From IMG/VR virus record IMGVR_UViG_3300042923_000319, positions 8,677-72,676 of that record: a stretch of 64,000 nucleotides of DNA; one strand, 5' to 3'. Under the pieces are notes generated by a model. It worked only from the letters and a program-made list of their open reading frames with translations. It had not been told where the DNA came from and searched no databases. The DNA is from a virus. The position numbers and the translations under genes are program-made. This document shows, piece by piece, positions 9,922 to 20,259 of this stretch; positions within the stretch are counted from its first letter, which is position 1; each line of letters opens with the position of its first letter.

Positions 9922-10131
9922 GGGCTAACCACAGCCCTTCCCTTTGAGGGAGCATTAAAATACGAAGGAGACAATAATTATGAACAAAGAAGAAATCAAA
10001 GCACAAATCATCGACATCTTAAATGATGCTAAAATCACTACTGCAGAATGCAAAGAAATTCTTAAAGATTTAAACAAGACAATCGATGGTGCGCTAGGCA
10101 AAATCCCATTTAATATCAAAGGAGAGTAATT

Positions 10132-10386
10132 ATGACGCCACAAGAATTCAAAGAACAACTAGATGAGTTTATGGATAAAATTAAAGAGCTTAGAGGAGTG
10201 CTTAGCTTAATTGATAAAGGCTTAAATTTACTTGATGATAAACTGAATGATAACTATTCGCTTTCTGATAATTTTGCGATGATGCATTGTCATACTCGCC
10301 GAGATATGCTTAGAGAGCGCAATAGTATCCGTAGTAGTCTCAAGGAATACGAAAAAATTATCCAACGGTTAAAATCGACTCTCTGA
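10132..10386 (+). CDS. hypothetical protein
   Basis: RBS AAGGAGAG. Confidence 0.6.
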   Translation: MTPQEFKEQLDEFMDKIKELRGVLSLIDKGLNLLDDKLNDNYSLSDNFAMMHCHTRRDMLRERNSIRSSLKEYEKIIQRLKSTL

Positions 10387-10480
10387 GTTAACCTGTGGTG
10401 ATACTTTATAACATCACTAGATAACTTGTAAGTATAACACAATAAAAACGCTTAGAACGAGCGTGAGACATCTTAGAATT
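10370..10480. repeat. copy C of the dispersed ~110-bp element
   Basis: TAAAAACGCTTAGAACGAGCGTGAGACATCTTAGAA at 10443. Confidence 0.7.
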
Positions 10481-10497
10481 GAAACGGAGGAATATCG

Positions 10498-11172
10498 ATG
10501 GAATTATTCAAGGTAAAAATAAAAGGTGTACGCGAATTACGCAAAAGTAAAGACTATACGGAAGAATTAGATGAGTATGCTGGTGAAACATCGGAAGTCA
10601 TTAGAAAGTACACAGGTAACACTAGAAGAGAATTCTATAAATTAACAGTAGATGATGGTTACTGGGCTTGGGGTATGGATATGGTGGATTTAATAGAACC
10701 ATCGCACTCCATCACAATCACCTCAGATAGACACAGAAAAACAACCGCGACCTACAATGGTAAATCCGCAGTAGCTAAATGTAATCCAAGCGACACATTC
10801 GATATCTTCAAGGGTACAAAGTTAGCATTGGAACGCTTAGAAGCAGCGGAGAACTTTAAGCCACATTTGGAATGCCAAGGAAAATCTTATGGTGTCTTAG
10901 GAACACCTACAAAAATCAAGGATGAACTAGGAATACCATTAAAAATTGGTGATATTACTACAGTGTACGATAAATATCATCAATCAAACTGTGGTGATGG
11001 TGTAATTATCAATGATGGTAGTGGTGATTATGTCAGTGGAATACGCTACGCATGTAACAAAGACGGAACAATTTATTCTGAGTGGTTAATCATTAAAAAG
11101 CAATCACATAACGAAGTAACCGAAGATGAGGTTGATGAGTATCGCTACATCAGAACCCCTCGCTTATCGTAA
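10498..11172 (+). CDS. hypothetical multidomain phage protein
   Basis: RBS GGAGG; AVAKCNPSDTFDIFKGTKLALERL is a recurrent phage domain. Confidence 0.7.
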   Translation: MELFKVKIKGVRELRKSKDYTEELDEYAGETSEVIRKYTGNTRREFYKLTVDDGYWAWGMDMVDLIEPSHSITITSDRHRKTTATYNGKSAVAKCNPSDTFDIFKGTKLALERLEAAENFKPHLECQGKSYGVLGTPTKIKDELGIPLKIGDITTVYDKYHQSNCGDGVIINDGSGDYVSGIRYACNKDGTIYSEWLIIKKQSHNEVTEDEVDEYRYIRTPRLS

Positions 11173-11485
11173 GTTAACGCCACCCAAGCAACTCCACGCA
11201 CTCACCATAGCATTCTTTGATAAAGCAACGGATGAACCTATGGTAGTCAATAAGAAACTATCGTCTGGCTTCTGGAAGGTCAAAGCTTTCTTTAAGAAAC
11301 AAACATTAGAACAACAACATTTACTCTATGATTATCTGTGGAGTATCGAAGAGAAAACACCACATACAATGACGGAGTTGTTTCAGAAAGCTGATGAATA
11401 TAACCAAGGATTGAAATTTAAGGATACAACAGTTGTTACAGAGAAATATGAAGATTTTATGGAGGTGCTCCAGAAATGGAACTAG
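11126..11485 (+). CDS. hypothetical protein
   Basis: ORF in the operon; likely start at ATG 11135 after GAGG. Confidence 0.55.
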   Translation: MRLMSIATSEPLAYRKLTPPKQLHALTIAFFDKATDEPMVVNKKLSSGFWKVKAFFKKQTLEQQHLLYDYLWSIEEKTPHTMTELFQKADEYNQGLKFKDTTVVTEKYEDFMEVLQKWN

Positions 11486-11943
11486 AAGAACTCGAAAGAA
11501 AATATAGAGAACTCGGTGAAGAAATCGAGAGAATCAAAAGTAAGCCAGAGGAGCTATGGATAGTAGATTGGTCAGGCTTAGATGGAAACATCGCTTATCA
11601 TGCTCATCACATTGTTCGTACTAATGATTGCGACAGTAAGGCTTGTGTCCGTCAATCCAATGCTTTCTCCACGGAACTCGAAGCAGCACGCATGGCTGAA
11701 CGGTTCAACCTTGAGTTAGAAATCAGTAAATTCATCAAGGATAATCATGGGGAGGTCGATTGGAAGAACAACAAAGGATTCTATATTGACTATTATAAAA
11801 ACAATGATTCCTTAGGAGCCTATTGGAGCGCAGATTATCACAATGGTGCATTTGAGTTTTCCACTAAGACTCTCGCACAACGCGCCATCGATATCTACGG
11901 TTCACGCCTAAAATTTGCATGGGGTATCACTGATGAGAGATGA
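11476..11943 (+). CDS. hypothetical protein
   Basis: RBS GGAGGTG. Confidence 0.65.
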   Translation: MELEELERKYRELGEEIERIKSKPEELWIVDWSGLDGNIAYHAHHIVRTNDCDSKACVRQSNAFSTELEAARMAERFNLELEISKFIKDNHGEVDWKNNKGFYIDYYKNNDSLGAYWSADYHNGAFEFSTKTLAQRAIDIYGSRLKFAWGITDER

Positions 11944-12327
11944 CATTAGACAACTCCTGGAAATATCCACAACAGCACCATGGATGCCTACAGATAAACT
12001 ACTGGACATTGCAGAACGCAATGGATTTCGAGTGATGAGCGATGGAAGTATAATGGATATCTATGATAGATTCGAGGAGTGTTGAATGAATAAGACAATA
12101 ATTAAAACACTAGAATATTTAGGATTTACTGTTGATCGAAATGAAAAATTTCAAGTATCTGCTAAAAGAGAAGAAGGTGCAATATCGTTTTCTGTGTGGA
12201 TAAAAATAAGCTACAAAGGATATTTTTTAGAATTAGATGAATTTATTGGCAATAACTTTGGTAAGATTAGTCGATATAACTCAACAAAACAAAAAGATAT
12301 CGCTGAATATTTAAAACACAATGTAAG

Positions 12328-12618
12328 ATGACACAATCTACCGCAGGTCGCATTAAGCAACTCCGCAGAGGATTAATGGTCAACAGATGTTTATACTATG
12401 TGTTCGATGCAACCTGTCTCATCACTGATGAAGACTATGATCGCTATAATAGAGAACTCAATGATCTCGAACGTGATTACCCAGAGATTGCATCCAAGGT
12501 TGAATTCGCGGATATTTCGCCAAATAGGGTTGTTGGATCATCGGATGTCAGTGATTATCCACTAGACATCGTGAGAACCGCAGAGTATTTAATGAATAGA
12601 GCAAAGGAGAAACGATGA
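12328..12618 (+). CDS. stand-alone NAD-dependent DNA ligase domain Ia-like protein
   Basis: LYYVFD...ITDEDYDRYNRELNDLERDYPE...SPNRVVG resembles the LigA N-terminus YY..D.P.ISDAEYD.L..EL..LE..YP. Confidence 0.7.
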   Translation: MTQSTAGRIKQLRRGLMVNRCLYYVFDATCLITDEDYDRYNRELNDLERDYPEIASKVEFADISPNRVVGSSDVSDYPLDIVRTAEYLMNRAKEKR

Positions 12619-12697
12619 AAATTATTATAGGTTTCCTATCATTACCACTATTACTATTAGATATCTATTATTATATTAAGGAAAGCGAAGTGACACT

Positions 12698-13069
12698 ATA
12701 GAATTCACATTTACACTACTTTTGTGCCTCCTTAGTCCACACATCAGTGGACATTGGACACTACAGGACAACTCAGAAATTATGCAGGTCAAGCAAGAAT
12801 ATCGCGAGGTGTACGCTGAAACCACAGGATATACATTGGGTGACGGTAATACACCAAGTACAATCATGGCAAACGGGGAGAAACCCCATAGCGGAGCAGT
12901 GGCTTACAATAGAGTACCACTGGGAACACGGTTGGAAATACAAGGAAAAATCTATGTAGTCAGTGATAGAGCAATGAATGATGACATTGTTGATATTTAT
13001 ATGGATAGCATTGAAGAATGCATGATGTACGGTAGGAGAATACAGAAGATAAAAATATTGGAGGATTGA
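12698..13069 (+). CDS. 3D-domain (cell-wall associated) protein, probable ATA start
   Basis: TTGYT...TIMANGE...VAYNRVPLGTRLEI...SDR...VDIYM; hydrophobic N-terminus from ATA 12698. Confidence 0.7.
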   Translation: MEFTFTLLLCLLSPHISGHWTLQDNSEIMQVKQEYREVYAETTGYTLGDGNTPSTIMANGEKPHSGAVAYNRVPLGTRLEIQGKIYVVSDRAMNDDIVDIYMDSIEECMMYGRRIQKIKILED

Positions 13070-14070
13070 CAATGGAAATACTCAGAAACATCAAAGTACC
13101 AACAGGCAATATTTTAATTGTCAGTGGTGACAGGGGTAAACTCGAATGTGTTTCGTTGGGTGACTATGGAAAAGAGAATAATCTCAAAGCTGATTTTTTA
13201 GGATTAACTAAGGAAATCACCAAAGTTAAATCACAAAAAATAATGCCACTCACAGATAAATGGGTGATAACCGTTAGCACTCAATATGGTTGCTCAATGG
13301 GGTGTAAATTTTGTGATGTTCCAAAAGTTGGCGCAGGTATTAACGCAACATGCGATGATTTAAAACAACAGATTATCACAGGGTTATCAACGCATTCCAA
13401 TATCAAATCAACGAAACGCTTAAACGTTCATTATGCTCGTATGGGAGAACCAACGTGGAACTATAGTGTCATTGATTTTACATTATGGATGAAAGAAGAG
13501 CTTAAGCCATACATTGGTGACTCATTAATTCATCCAGTAATATCAACAATGTTACCAAAGAACAATGCACTTCTTGAGCAGTATCTAAGAGATTGGATGG
13601 TAATAAAAAATGATACATTCAATGGTGATGCAGGACTACAGTTTTCAATCAATAGCACATCTGACGATGAGCGTGATGAAATGTTTAATGGTAACTCATG
13701 CAGTCTTGATGAGATTTCACGCATCGGTAAAGCATTGAGATTCCCTAAAGGTCGTAAGATTACATTGAATTTTGCTATTGCTGGCTATGAAATCGACGCT
13801 GAAAAACTTCGCAAACTCTTTGACCCTAAGAAATTCGTAGTAAAATTAACGCCTATGCATAAAACATCTTCAGCATTGCAGAACGACATCAAGACTGATG
13901 GTGACTACACAACATTTTACCCATACAGACACATTGAAGAACAATTGAAAACCGTTGGGTTTGATGTACTGGTATTCATTGCTTCTGACGATGAAGACCT
14001 GGGAAGAATCACATGTGGTAATGCAATATTGTCTGGTAGTGAACCATTGTGTGAATACGAGGAGGATTGA
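13066..14070 (+). CDS. RlmN/Cfr-like radical SAM enzyme
   Basis: VSTQYGCSMGCKFC (CxxxCxxC), RMGEP, LQFSINS, C-terminal ITCGNA (compare AACGQL). Confidence 0.8.
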   Translation: MTMEILRNIKVPTGNILIVSGDRGKLECVSLGDYGKENNLKADFLGLTKEITKVKSQKIMPLTDKWVITVSTQYGCSMGCKFCDVPKVGAGINATCDDLKQQIITGLSTHSNIKSTKRLNVHYARMGEPTWNYSVIDFTLWMKEELKPYIGDSLIHPVISTMLPKNNALLEQYLRDWMVIKNDTFNGDAGLQFSINSTSDDERDEMFNGNSCSLDEISRIGKALRFPKGRKITLNFAIAGYEIDAEKLRKLFDPKKFVVKLTPMHKTSSALQNDIKTDGDYTTFYPYRHIEEQLKTVGFDVLVFIASDDEDLGRITCGNAILSGSEPLCEYEED

Positions 14071-15357
14071 CAGTGGAAGAAACATGGCAAGACCCTAAGT
14101 TCTGGACATTTATATTACAACTCATTAGCATCCCATTAGGAACACTAGTCGCTTGTTGTATTTTGAAGTATTTAATAGGTGATGCCCAATGATCGACAAT
14201 AGTAAATTCGTGATGTCAAAGTTTATCACCAAAGAAGAACTATTGGAAGCCAAATGTGAAGCGTACAAAGCAGAGCTAAAGAAAACGGAGGAACTATTGA
14301 GAGAAACACAACCGTATGTAGTATCAGACATCTCTAATGAAAACATAATTCTCTCAATGATAGCTAAGGGATTGTATGACAAAATCAATAATTATTTTAA
14401 GGAGGACTAATGAATAACCGTAGTCGCTCAAAGAAGCGAGCAGGAATGTGGTTCACTAGATTAATCAAAAGAGATTACAATAGCATGATTCATGATATGG
14501 CTATGTATCAAATGAATGTATTATGGAATGGAGGAACAATAAATGAAAATGCTTAAAGTATCGGCTGAGATCAGATACACCGTAGCCAACAAATTAAATC
14601 ACCCTGACACGCCAATATTCACAAGAGAATTTATAAAAGAAATGATAGGGTACGGTATAGAAGATGTTGAAACGGTTGATGTCTGGAATGTGACAGTAGA
14701 AGAAGTGGAGGACTAAGCAATGATTAAAGTATCCATCGAACCACCAAAGGAACGCATTGTAACAATACAGATGACCGAGGGTGAAGCGAGAACACTTAGC
14801 ACTTTATCGGCAAACATTAGCTATACTGTGATTCAAGACTTTGGTGGATGTCATAAAATTGCCGTTGATGGTTCAAAGTTATTCAAAAATATCAGAAAAG
14901 TGCTTAGGGAGGGAAACCTATGAAAACCATCGATTTAACCTTATACAACAACACAGAATTACTAACACTCAGTCGCAAGGTTGACATTGAAGTAGCTAAG
15001 AGACTCACAGATATGACCAAGGAGCGCGATGCGTTGGCGAGTAAGGTATCGAAGAATGATTAGAGCTGCTAGTGGCATAATGTGGTTAATGTCAATTATA
15101 GTAGGCAGTCTTGCAGCGTCAAGAGGTGACATTGCTTTTACTATTGTTTTTACAGGAATGTCAATAATGTATTGTATGATTTTTCTATGGTTACGCAATG
15201 ACTAAGCTCAATACCACAGAATCCATCGGTATCGGCTCGGTTATCTTAGGTATCGCCTATGTCATCGGTGCAATCGCTAGATACCTGTGGAGCAACCCAG
15301 AAGTAATATTGAATATCATAGTGTGGACACTAGCAGCTTATGTAATCGGTAGAGTAC

Positions 15358-16281
15358 TTGGGGATTGGGTGGGAAATACAAAGGAAGAAAAGCGGTGATA
15401 CAGAATTGAGTGTCGTAGATATACTCCGATCAAAAAACATGGTTGAATACATTCCAGAACTAGAGCGACAATCCGATGGTTCATGGCGTTGCACGTGCCC
15501 CATGCATACCAATGCTACTAATCCAACGTCATTCGCTGTATTCGGTGGTAATCGAGGATACTGCTTTAGTTGTGGCTGGAGTGGTGACTTAATTCAATAC
15601 AAAATGGACAAAGATGGGCTTGAGTTTAACCCAGCGGTGCGAGCGTTATGCGATGATTTTGGCATCGATATCGACAAGGATGAAACCTATGTTAAACAAC
15701 AGTCAATCGCAGATAGAAATGAGCAATACGTCAGGTCATGGGAGAAGAAAGTCGATGTCTGTTATGATTATCTAACGAAGAAGCGTGGGTTGACCGATGA
15801 AACCATAAAACACTATCGGATCGGCTGGAGCGAGAAAGGTTCATGTATTACAATTCCAATGACTAATCAATATAATCAAACCGTTGGATTTCTATATCGT
15901 TTCTTTGATAAGCAACCAAAGTATAAGAACAGTAAAGCTAATGAGTTATTTCATAAAGGTTCATTTTTGTTCAATATCAATAATGTACCGAAATTACTAA
16001 GAAAAACGAAGAGACTTTGGGTATGCGAAGGCGGATTCGATAGTATGTCAGCATATCAGCAAGGAGAAGCCAGCGTTTCCTATTGTGGAATAACGTTCTC
16101 TAAGGATCATGTCATGTTAATCAAAGACCTCACAAAGAGAATTGATGGATGTCAGATAATACTCGTACCCGATGCGGACGGTAAAGCATGCAAGTTTGTA
16201 TCGAGAGGTCGAGAGTTATTCGAGCAGAATTTCCCAGACGCCAATGTTAAAGTTGCAGTAATCGGTGGTGATGAACATTAA
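15358..16281 (+). CDS. DNA primase (CHC2 zinc finger plus TOPRIM); likely start TTG ~15406
   Basis: CPMH...CFSC, PKYKNS, VCEGGFD, VPDADG. Confidence 0.9.
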   Translation: MGIGWEIQRKKSGDTELSVVDILRSKNMVEYIPELERQSDGSWRCTCPMHTNATNPTSFAVFGGNRGYCFSCGWSGDLIQYKMDKDGLEFNPAVRALCDDFGIDIDKDETYVKQQSIADRNEQYVRSWEKKVDVCYDYLTKKRGLTDETIKHYRIGWSEKGSCITIPMTNQYNQTVGFLYRFFDKQPKYKNSKANELFHKGSFLFNINNVPKLLRKTKRLWVCEGGFDSMSAYQQGEASVSYCGITFSKDHVMLIKDLTKRIDGCQIILVPDADGKACKFVSRGRELFEQNFPDANVKVAVIGGDEH

Positions 16282-17455
16282 AGACCTCAACGATTTGCTC
16301 GTAGCAGGGCTAGAAATATCCTCGCTACCCTTAGTCCCCATCGACATCTATGTGGCACAACAGTTACTAAAGCAGTACCCAGAGGACACACAGGCTCAAC
16401 AGAAGGCAATTGAGAAATTCTCGAAGACAATCCGCAATCCACTTGTGAAGAGTGATTTGGCTAATCTATTGGTGAAAACATGGGGTAAAGAATTAGGAGA
16501 TATCAAAGAGTTTCTGTCAATGGCTAATGTCGAAACATCAGACGAAATACTTGATGAATTCAAAGATCCCCTCACGTGCATCAGAGAGATGGAAGAAAGT
16601 ATATTGAACTTCGAAGGATTAACCATCGGATATCCATCGTTTGATAAGGCAACAAGAGGACTTAGTTTAAGCGATGTGTTCTTTATTGCTGCAAGACCAA
16701 GCGTTGGTAAAACATTTGTTGCAATGGAAATAGCTCTTCATATGGCGATAAGGCTAAAGTTAAATATAGTGTTTTTCTCTTTAGAAATGTCTGCTGCTAA
16801 ACTATATAAACGCCTCGTTGCTAATGTTTATAAGATTACCGTTGAAGAATTAGAACAACAAGTAAAAGAAAAACGTATTGATTATCAAAAAATACTTTCG
16901 CAAATCCAAGAATTTATATATGTGAACGATAATCCATCATTAACAATCGACGATATGGAAAAAAGAATAGTCGCTTTAAATTCTAAAGGTAAATTCAAGC
17001 ATAACAATGGTAAAGCACAGGTTATTTTAATAGATTATGTACAAATGATGCCAAAGATGAGTGACTTTAATTACTTTGAAGAGAAAGTTATGTCATTCAA
17101 GCCAGTGGCAAGACGTTTAAATATTATATTAATTGCATTGTCTCAATTAACAAGAACAGTTAAATCGTGGGAGGAACCAGATATTTCTAACATGAAGGGA
17201 GGAGGAGCTATAGAAGCTGTTGGTGATCTTGCATGGCTTCTATGGAAAGAATCAGAAGACCCCAAGATATCACAAATAGACCGCGAAGCAATGGAAAAAT
17301 CTGGTGAGGATAACATTATAAAATCAAAGATAGGCAAAGCTAGAAATGGGATTGAGAGTGGTTGTTCAAAGTATTGTAAATTGATATCCAACAAGAAAAC
17401 CACGAGTGTTCGAGAGTATACTCTAGAAAAACCAAAGGAAGATGTAGATAAGTAA
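16265..17455 (+). CDS. DnaB-like replicative helicase
   Basis: AARPSVGKT, FSLEMS, ILIDYVQ, LSQLTR, KARNG. Confidence 0.93.
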   Translation: MVMNIKDLNDLLVAGLEISSLPLVPIDIYVAQQLLKQYPEDTQAQQKAIEKFSKTIRNPLVKSDLANLLVKTWGKELGDIKEFLSMANVETSDEILDEFKDPLTCIREMEESILNFEGLTIGYPSFDKATRGLSLSDVFFIAARPSVGKTFVAMEIALHMAIRLKLNIVFFSLEMSAAKLYKRLVANVYKITVEELEQQVKEKRIDYQKILSQIQEFIYVNDNPSLTIDDMEKRIVALNSKGKFKHNNGKAQVILIDYVQMMPKMSDFNYFEEKVMSFKPVARRLNIILIALSQLTRTVKSWEEPDISNMKGGGAIEAVGDLAWLLWKESEDPKISQIDREAMEKSGEDNIIKSKIGKARNGIESGCSKYCKLISNKKTTSVREYTLEKPKEDVDK

Positions 17456-17482
17456 CATCTCGGTTATCTGAGAAATAAAACG

Positions 17483-17512
17483 TTGACAAGCGTATACGCA
17501 TCGGTATACAAT
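17483..17512 (+). promoter_or_regulatory. sigmaA-type promoter with embedded operator (17492-17509)
   Basis: TTGACA-agc-GTATAC-gcatcg-GTA-TACAAT. Confidence 0.82.
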
Positions 17513-17533
17513 AAGAACACAGGAGGAGATACA

Positions 17534-18160
17534 ATGAATAATTTAGAGAGATTCCGTAGAGGAGAAATAGTATTACACACGCCAACACAAGAGTTGTACG
17601 ATAGGTTGATGCAGTGGTGTGATGAGGAAGGATTACGGTGGGGTTATAGTAATAACCAAGCAACACATGGTAGTTATTATAGTACATTTAATGAATCAAC
17701 CTATGTTACTCTTAAATACCAAGGATTAATGTATAGTTCGATACTATATAACGGCACTGACACCATCGTCACCCTAACAAACAAAGATTTCGAGGAGGAA
17801 CATCAAATGACCAAAGAAGATTTAAAGGTAGGACAAGTGGTAGAAACCAAAGATAACGCTAAACATGTCTTAGTTAAAAACAATGATATCGAAGTTTTAT
17901 ATCAGCTAAACAATGATGATTTTATGCAACTTGATGATTTTAGTGATGATTTAACCAATGATTACGACGATGATTTTAACATCACCAAAGTATACACCAC
18001 GTCCGACCTAGTGTCAGTCCTAAGTGGTAACTATGATTCCCTAGAACTCATCTGGACACGTGAGAATCCCGAAGTTACAGCAATGAAAGCCAATGTTGCG
18101 AAGATGGAAGCTGAACTAGAGAATATGAAGGAAAACCTTAGAAAAATGGAGGAGGTGTGA
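17534..18160 (+). CDS. hypothetical two-domain protein with an internal start at 17807
   Basis: RBS AGGAGGAG before ATG 17534; second GAGGAGG before ATG 17807. Confidence 0.7.
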   Translation: MNNLERFRRGEIVLHTPTQELYDRLMQWCDEEGLRWGYSNNQATHGSYYSTFNESTYVTLKYQGLMYSSILYNGTDTIVTLTNKDFEEEHQMTKEDLKVGQVVETKDNAKHVLVKNNDIEVLYQLNNDDFMQLDDFSDDLTNDYDDDFNITKVYTTSDLVSVLSGNYDSLELIWTRENPEVTAMKANVAKMEAELENMKENLRKMEEV

Positions 18161-18408
18161 TGAACAACACAACTGAATCTTATATAATCCTTAAGCCTAT
18201 CTCTGAAAGATTCAATAGAATAGCCAAGGAAATTACTGATGATGAAATTAAGTATTTAATCAAAGATACTATCAAAGAACAGCTTATAAAAACAGTGAGT
18301 CTATGGAAAGCACAAGATGTAATTGATGAATTTATTTATGACCATGAGGATGAAATCAAAGAATTAACAATGGCATCGATCAAAGATAAGCTGAAAGGAG
18401 TTCGTTAA
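18157..18408 (+). CDS. hypothetical protein
   Basis: RBS GGAGG; coupled in the operon. Confidence 0.6.
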   Translation: MMNNTTESYIILKPISERFNRIAKEITDDEIKYLIKDTIKEQLIKTVSLWKAQDVIDEFIYDHEDEIKELTMASIKDKLKGVR

Positions 18409-18647
18409 TGACTAAACAAAAGAAACAACCCAAAGCACAAAAACCCACCAACCCCATCGTATCAACCTTAGAAGCCATCGTATCCAATAGGCAAGTCACA
18501 ACTCCCGAAGGTAAGTTCATAATTGATCGGTTGTATCGCAGAGGATATATCATGAAAGACGTTGTGAGCTGTGAGTATTCATTGAATGACCATGGAGAAT
18601 CATTGTTGAGACAGATGACGAAGGAGGAAACAAATGAGCTTTTATAA
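18408..18647 (+). CDS. hypothetical protein
   Basis: RBS AAGGAG; TAATG coupling. Confidence 0.6.
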   Translation: MTKQKKQPKAQKPTNPIVSTLEAIVSNRQVTTPEGKFIIDRLYRRGYIMKDVVSCEYSLNDHGESLLRQMTKEETNELL

Positions 18648-19377
18648 CATGTTTTTCGGAATGAACCAAAATACAGAATTGATATTAGCACTGATTAAAC
18701 TAAAAAAATGTGATATCGAACGTTTTAGAGATTGTGATATTGATTACAGCAGTAGAGAAATTAGTATATACACACGTACTGGCGGAGGAAATCGAGAAGA
18801 TTATCCTAATGAATTACTCCTAGATAATTCATATTACAAATACGACGAAGATGATGAATATGACTCGACATATGCTACATTTTATTTTGAATTTCCTAAA
18901 GAAATAGCGGGTGATATCTTGTAGTTTCAAGATATTAAAACTAATGGTATTCCAGCAAGTATTATTCAATGGGTAATAGAGGTATCCAATAGACCAAAGA
19001 CTGATAATGAAAAATATATGGAACATTATGACAAACAAAAGAAAACTATAGAAAATCTTCAGAGAAGTTTTATGCTATCAGAAGCGTTTAACGGACATAC
19101 AATAGTCCCTCTTTGTGATAATGGAATGGAAGCAATGTTAAAAGTCGTTGAAGAGAATAATGGAGAATCAATTGTTTATTGGTTAACCCCATATAAGCTT
19201 AAAGTAATCCAAAATGCTCCAAAGTATTCATTCGACAAAGATTCCATCACTAGGATTGGTATTGATATTGAATGGAAAGTTGATATAGAAACATGGGAAA
19301 GATACAAGAAAAAATTCAGTAAAAAATATCCAAAATCAATTGCTAAACTAAAAGAAAAATTAGAGGAGTGTGAGTAA
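18634..19377 (+). pseudogene. ORF interrupted by a single in-frame TAG (18922-18924)
   Basis: 18634..18924 and 19018..19377 are in the same frame with no other stop between them; YTRTGGGNR motif. Confidence 0.6.
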
Positions 19378-20259
19378 TTGCCAGCAAAATACTTCCTATG
19401 TTCCGATGGTCAAACCTGTGAAATAGAACAATGTAAAAAACAATGTAGGCTCAATGAGCGTTGTATGGCTCTCCCTGCGATACTTGCTGTGGGAAGGCAA
19501 AGGGGATGGAAAGGTAAACCATCGGTTACACAGCTAATCAAACCAACACGACCAGCGTATCTTGAGATCGTCAATGATTTTACCATTGATCCACTCAAAC
19601 AAATCGCTAGTATGATTGGGACAAACAGCCACAGTCTGATGGAAGGCAATGTTCCTAACGGTTGGTTATCAGAGGTAAGACTAGAGGATGACATCACGAG
19701 TGGCGCATTTGATGCCTATGATTGCGCAACACAAACATTGTGGGATTATAAATTCTTCGGATCTTTCCGTGTAGCTAAGGCTCTAGGTCATCGCTCACGT
19801 TGGGTTAACAAAGGTGTATATGCCAGAGGCTCCAAGAAAGGTGAACAAAAGTGGGAGCAAGTGTTCGAACCTGGTGGAGTCAGAGATATTATGGAAATCG
19901 CAATACAGCTATCGTATTACAAGATTTTACTTGAGAAACACAATATGAAAGTCAAAGATATTAACGTGCAGATGTTCCTCAGAGGTGGCTTAGATAAGGT
20001 AGCGAAATCCTATGGATTAACTAAGCAAGCCTATATTGTACCGATACATCCGTTGAGTGAACATTGGGTCAACCTGTTTATGAGAGCAAAGCACAAAGCA
20101 TTGATGACAGCATTAGAAACCAATACACTACCAAAGGTTTGCTCAAAGAAAGAGCGGTGGGACAGCTCAAAAAGTTACCCAGATCGCAAATGTAGAGACT
20201 GGTGCTCGGTCAATATATTCTGCCCATATTGGCAAGAGCATTACGGAGGTAAACAATGA
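19378..20259 (+). CDS. Cas4/PD-(D/E)XK-family exonuclease
   Basis: GTNSH, SGAFD...WDYK, QLSYY, C-terminal CRDWC...FCPY cysteine cluster. Confidence 0.8.
   Translation: MPAKYFLCSDGQTCEIEQCKKQCRLNERCMALPAILAVGRQRGWKGKPSVTQLIKPTRPAYLEIVNDFTIDPLKQIASMIGTNSHSLMEGNVPNGWLSEVRLEDDITSGAFDAYDCATQTLWDYKFFGSFRVAKALGHRSRWVNKGVYARGSKKGEQKWEQVFEPGGVRDIMEIAIQLSYYKILLEKHNMKVKDINVQMFLRGGLDKVAKSYGLTKQAYIVPIHPLSEHWVNLFMRAKHKALMTALETNTLPKVCSKKERWDSSKSYPDRKCRDWCSVNIFCPYWQEHYGGKQ

Noticed and set aside
18922-18924. Genome-wide TAG recoding
   Set aside because: Other genes (hicB, integrase, terS candidate) end at TAG with complete domains, and no suppressor tRNA is seen
19378-20259. Cas4 as evidence of a CRISPR-Cas system
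   Set aside because: No other cas genes or array; solo Cas4-like nucleases are common in phage replication modules
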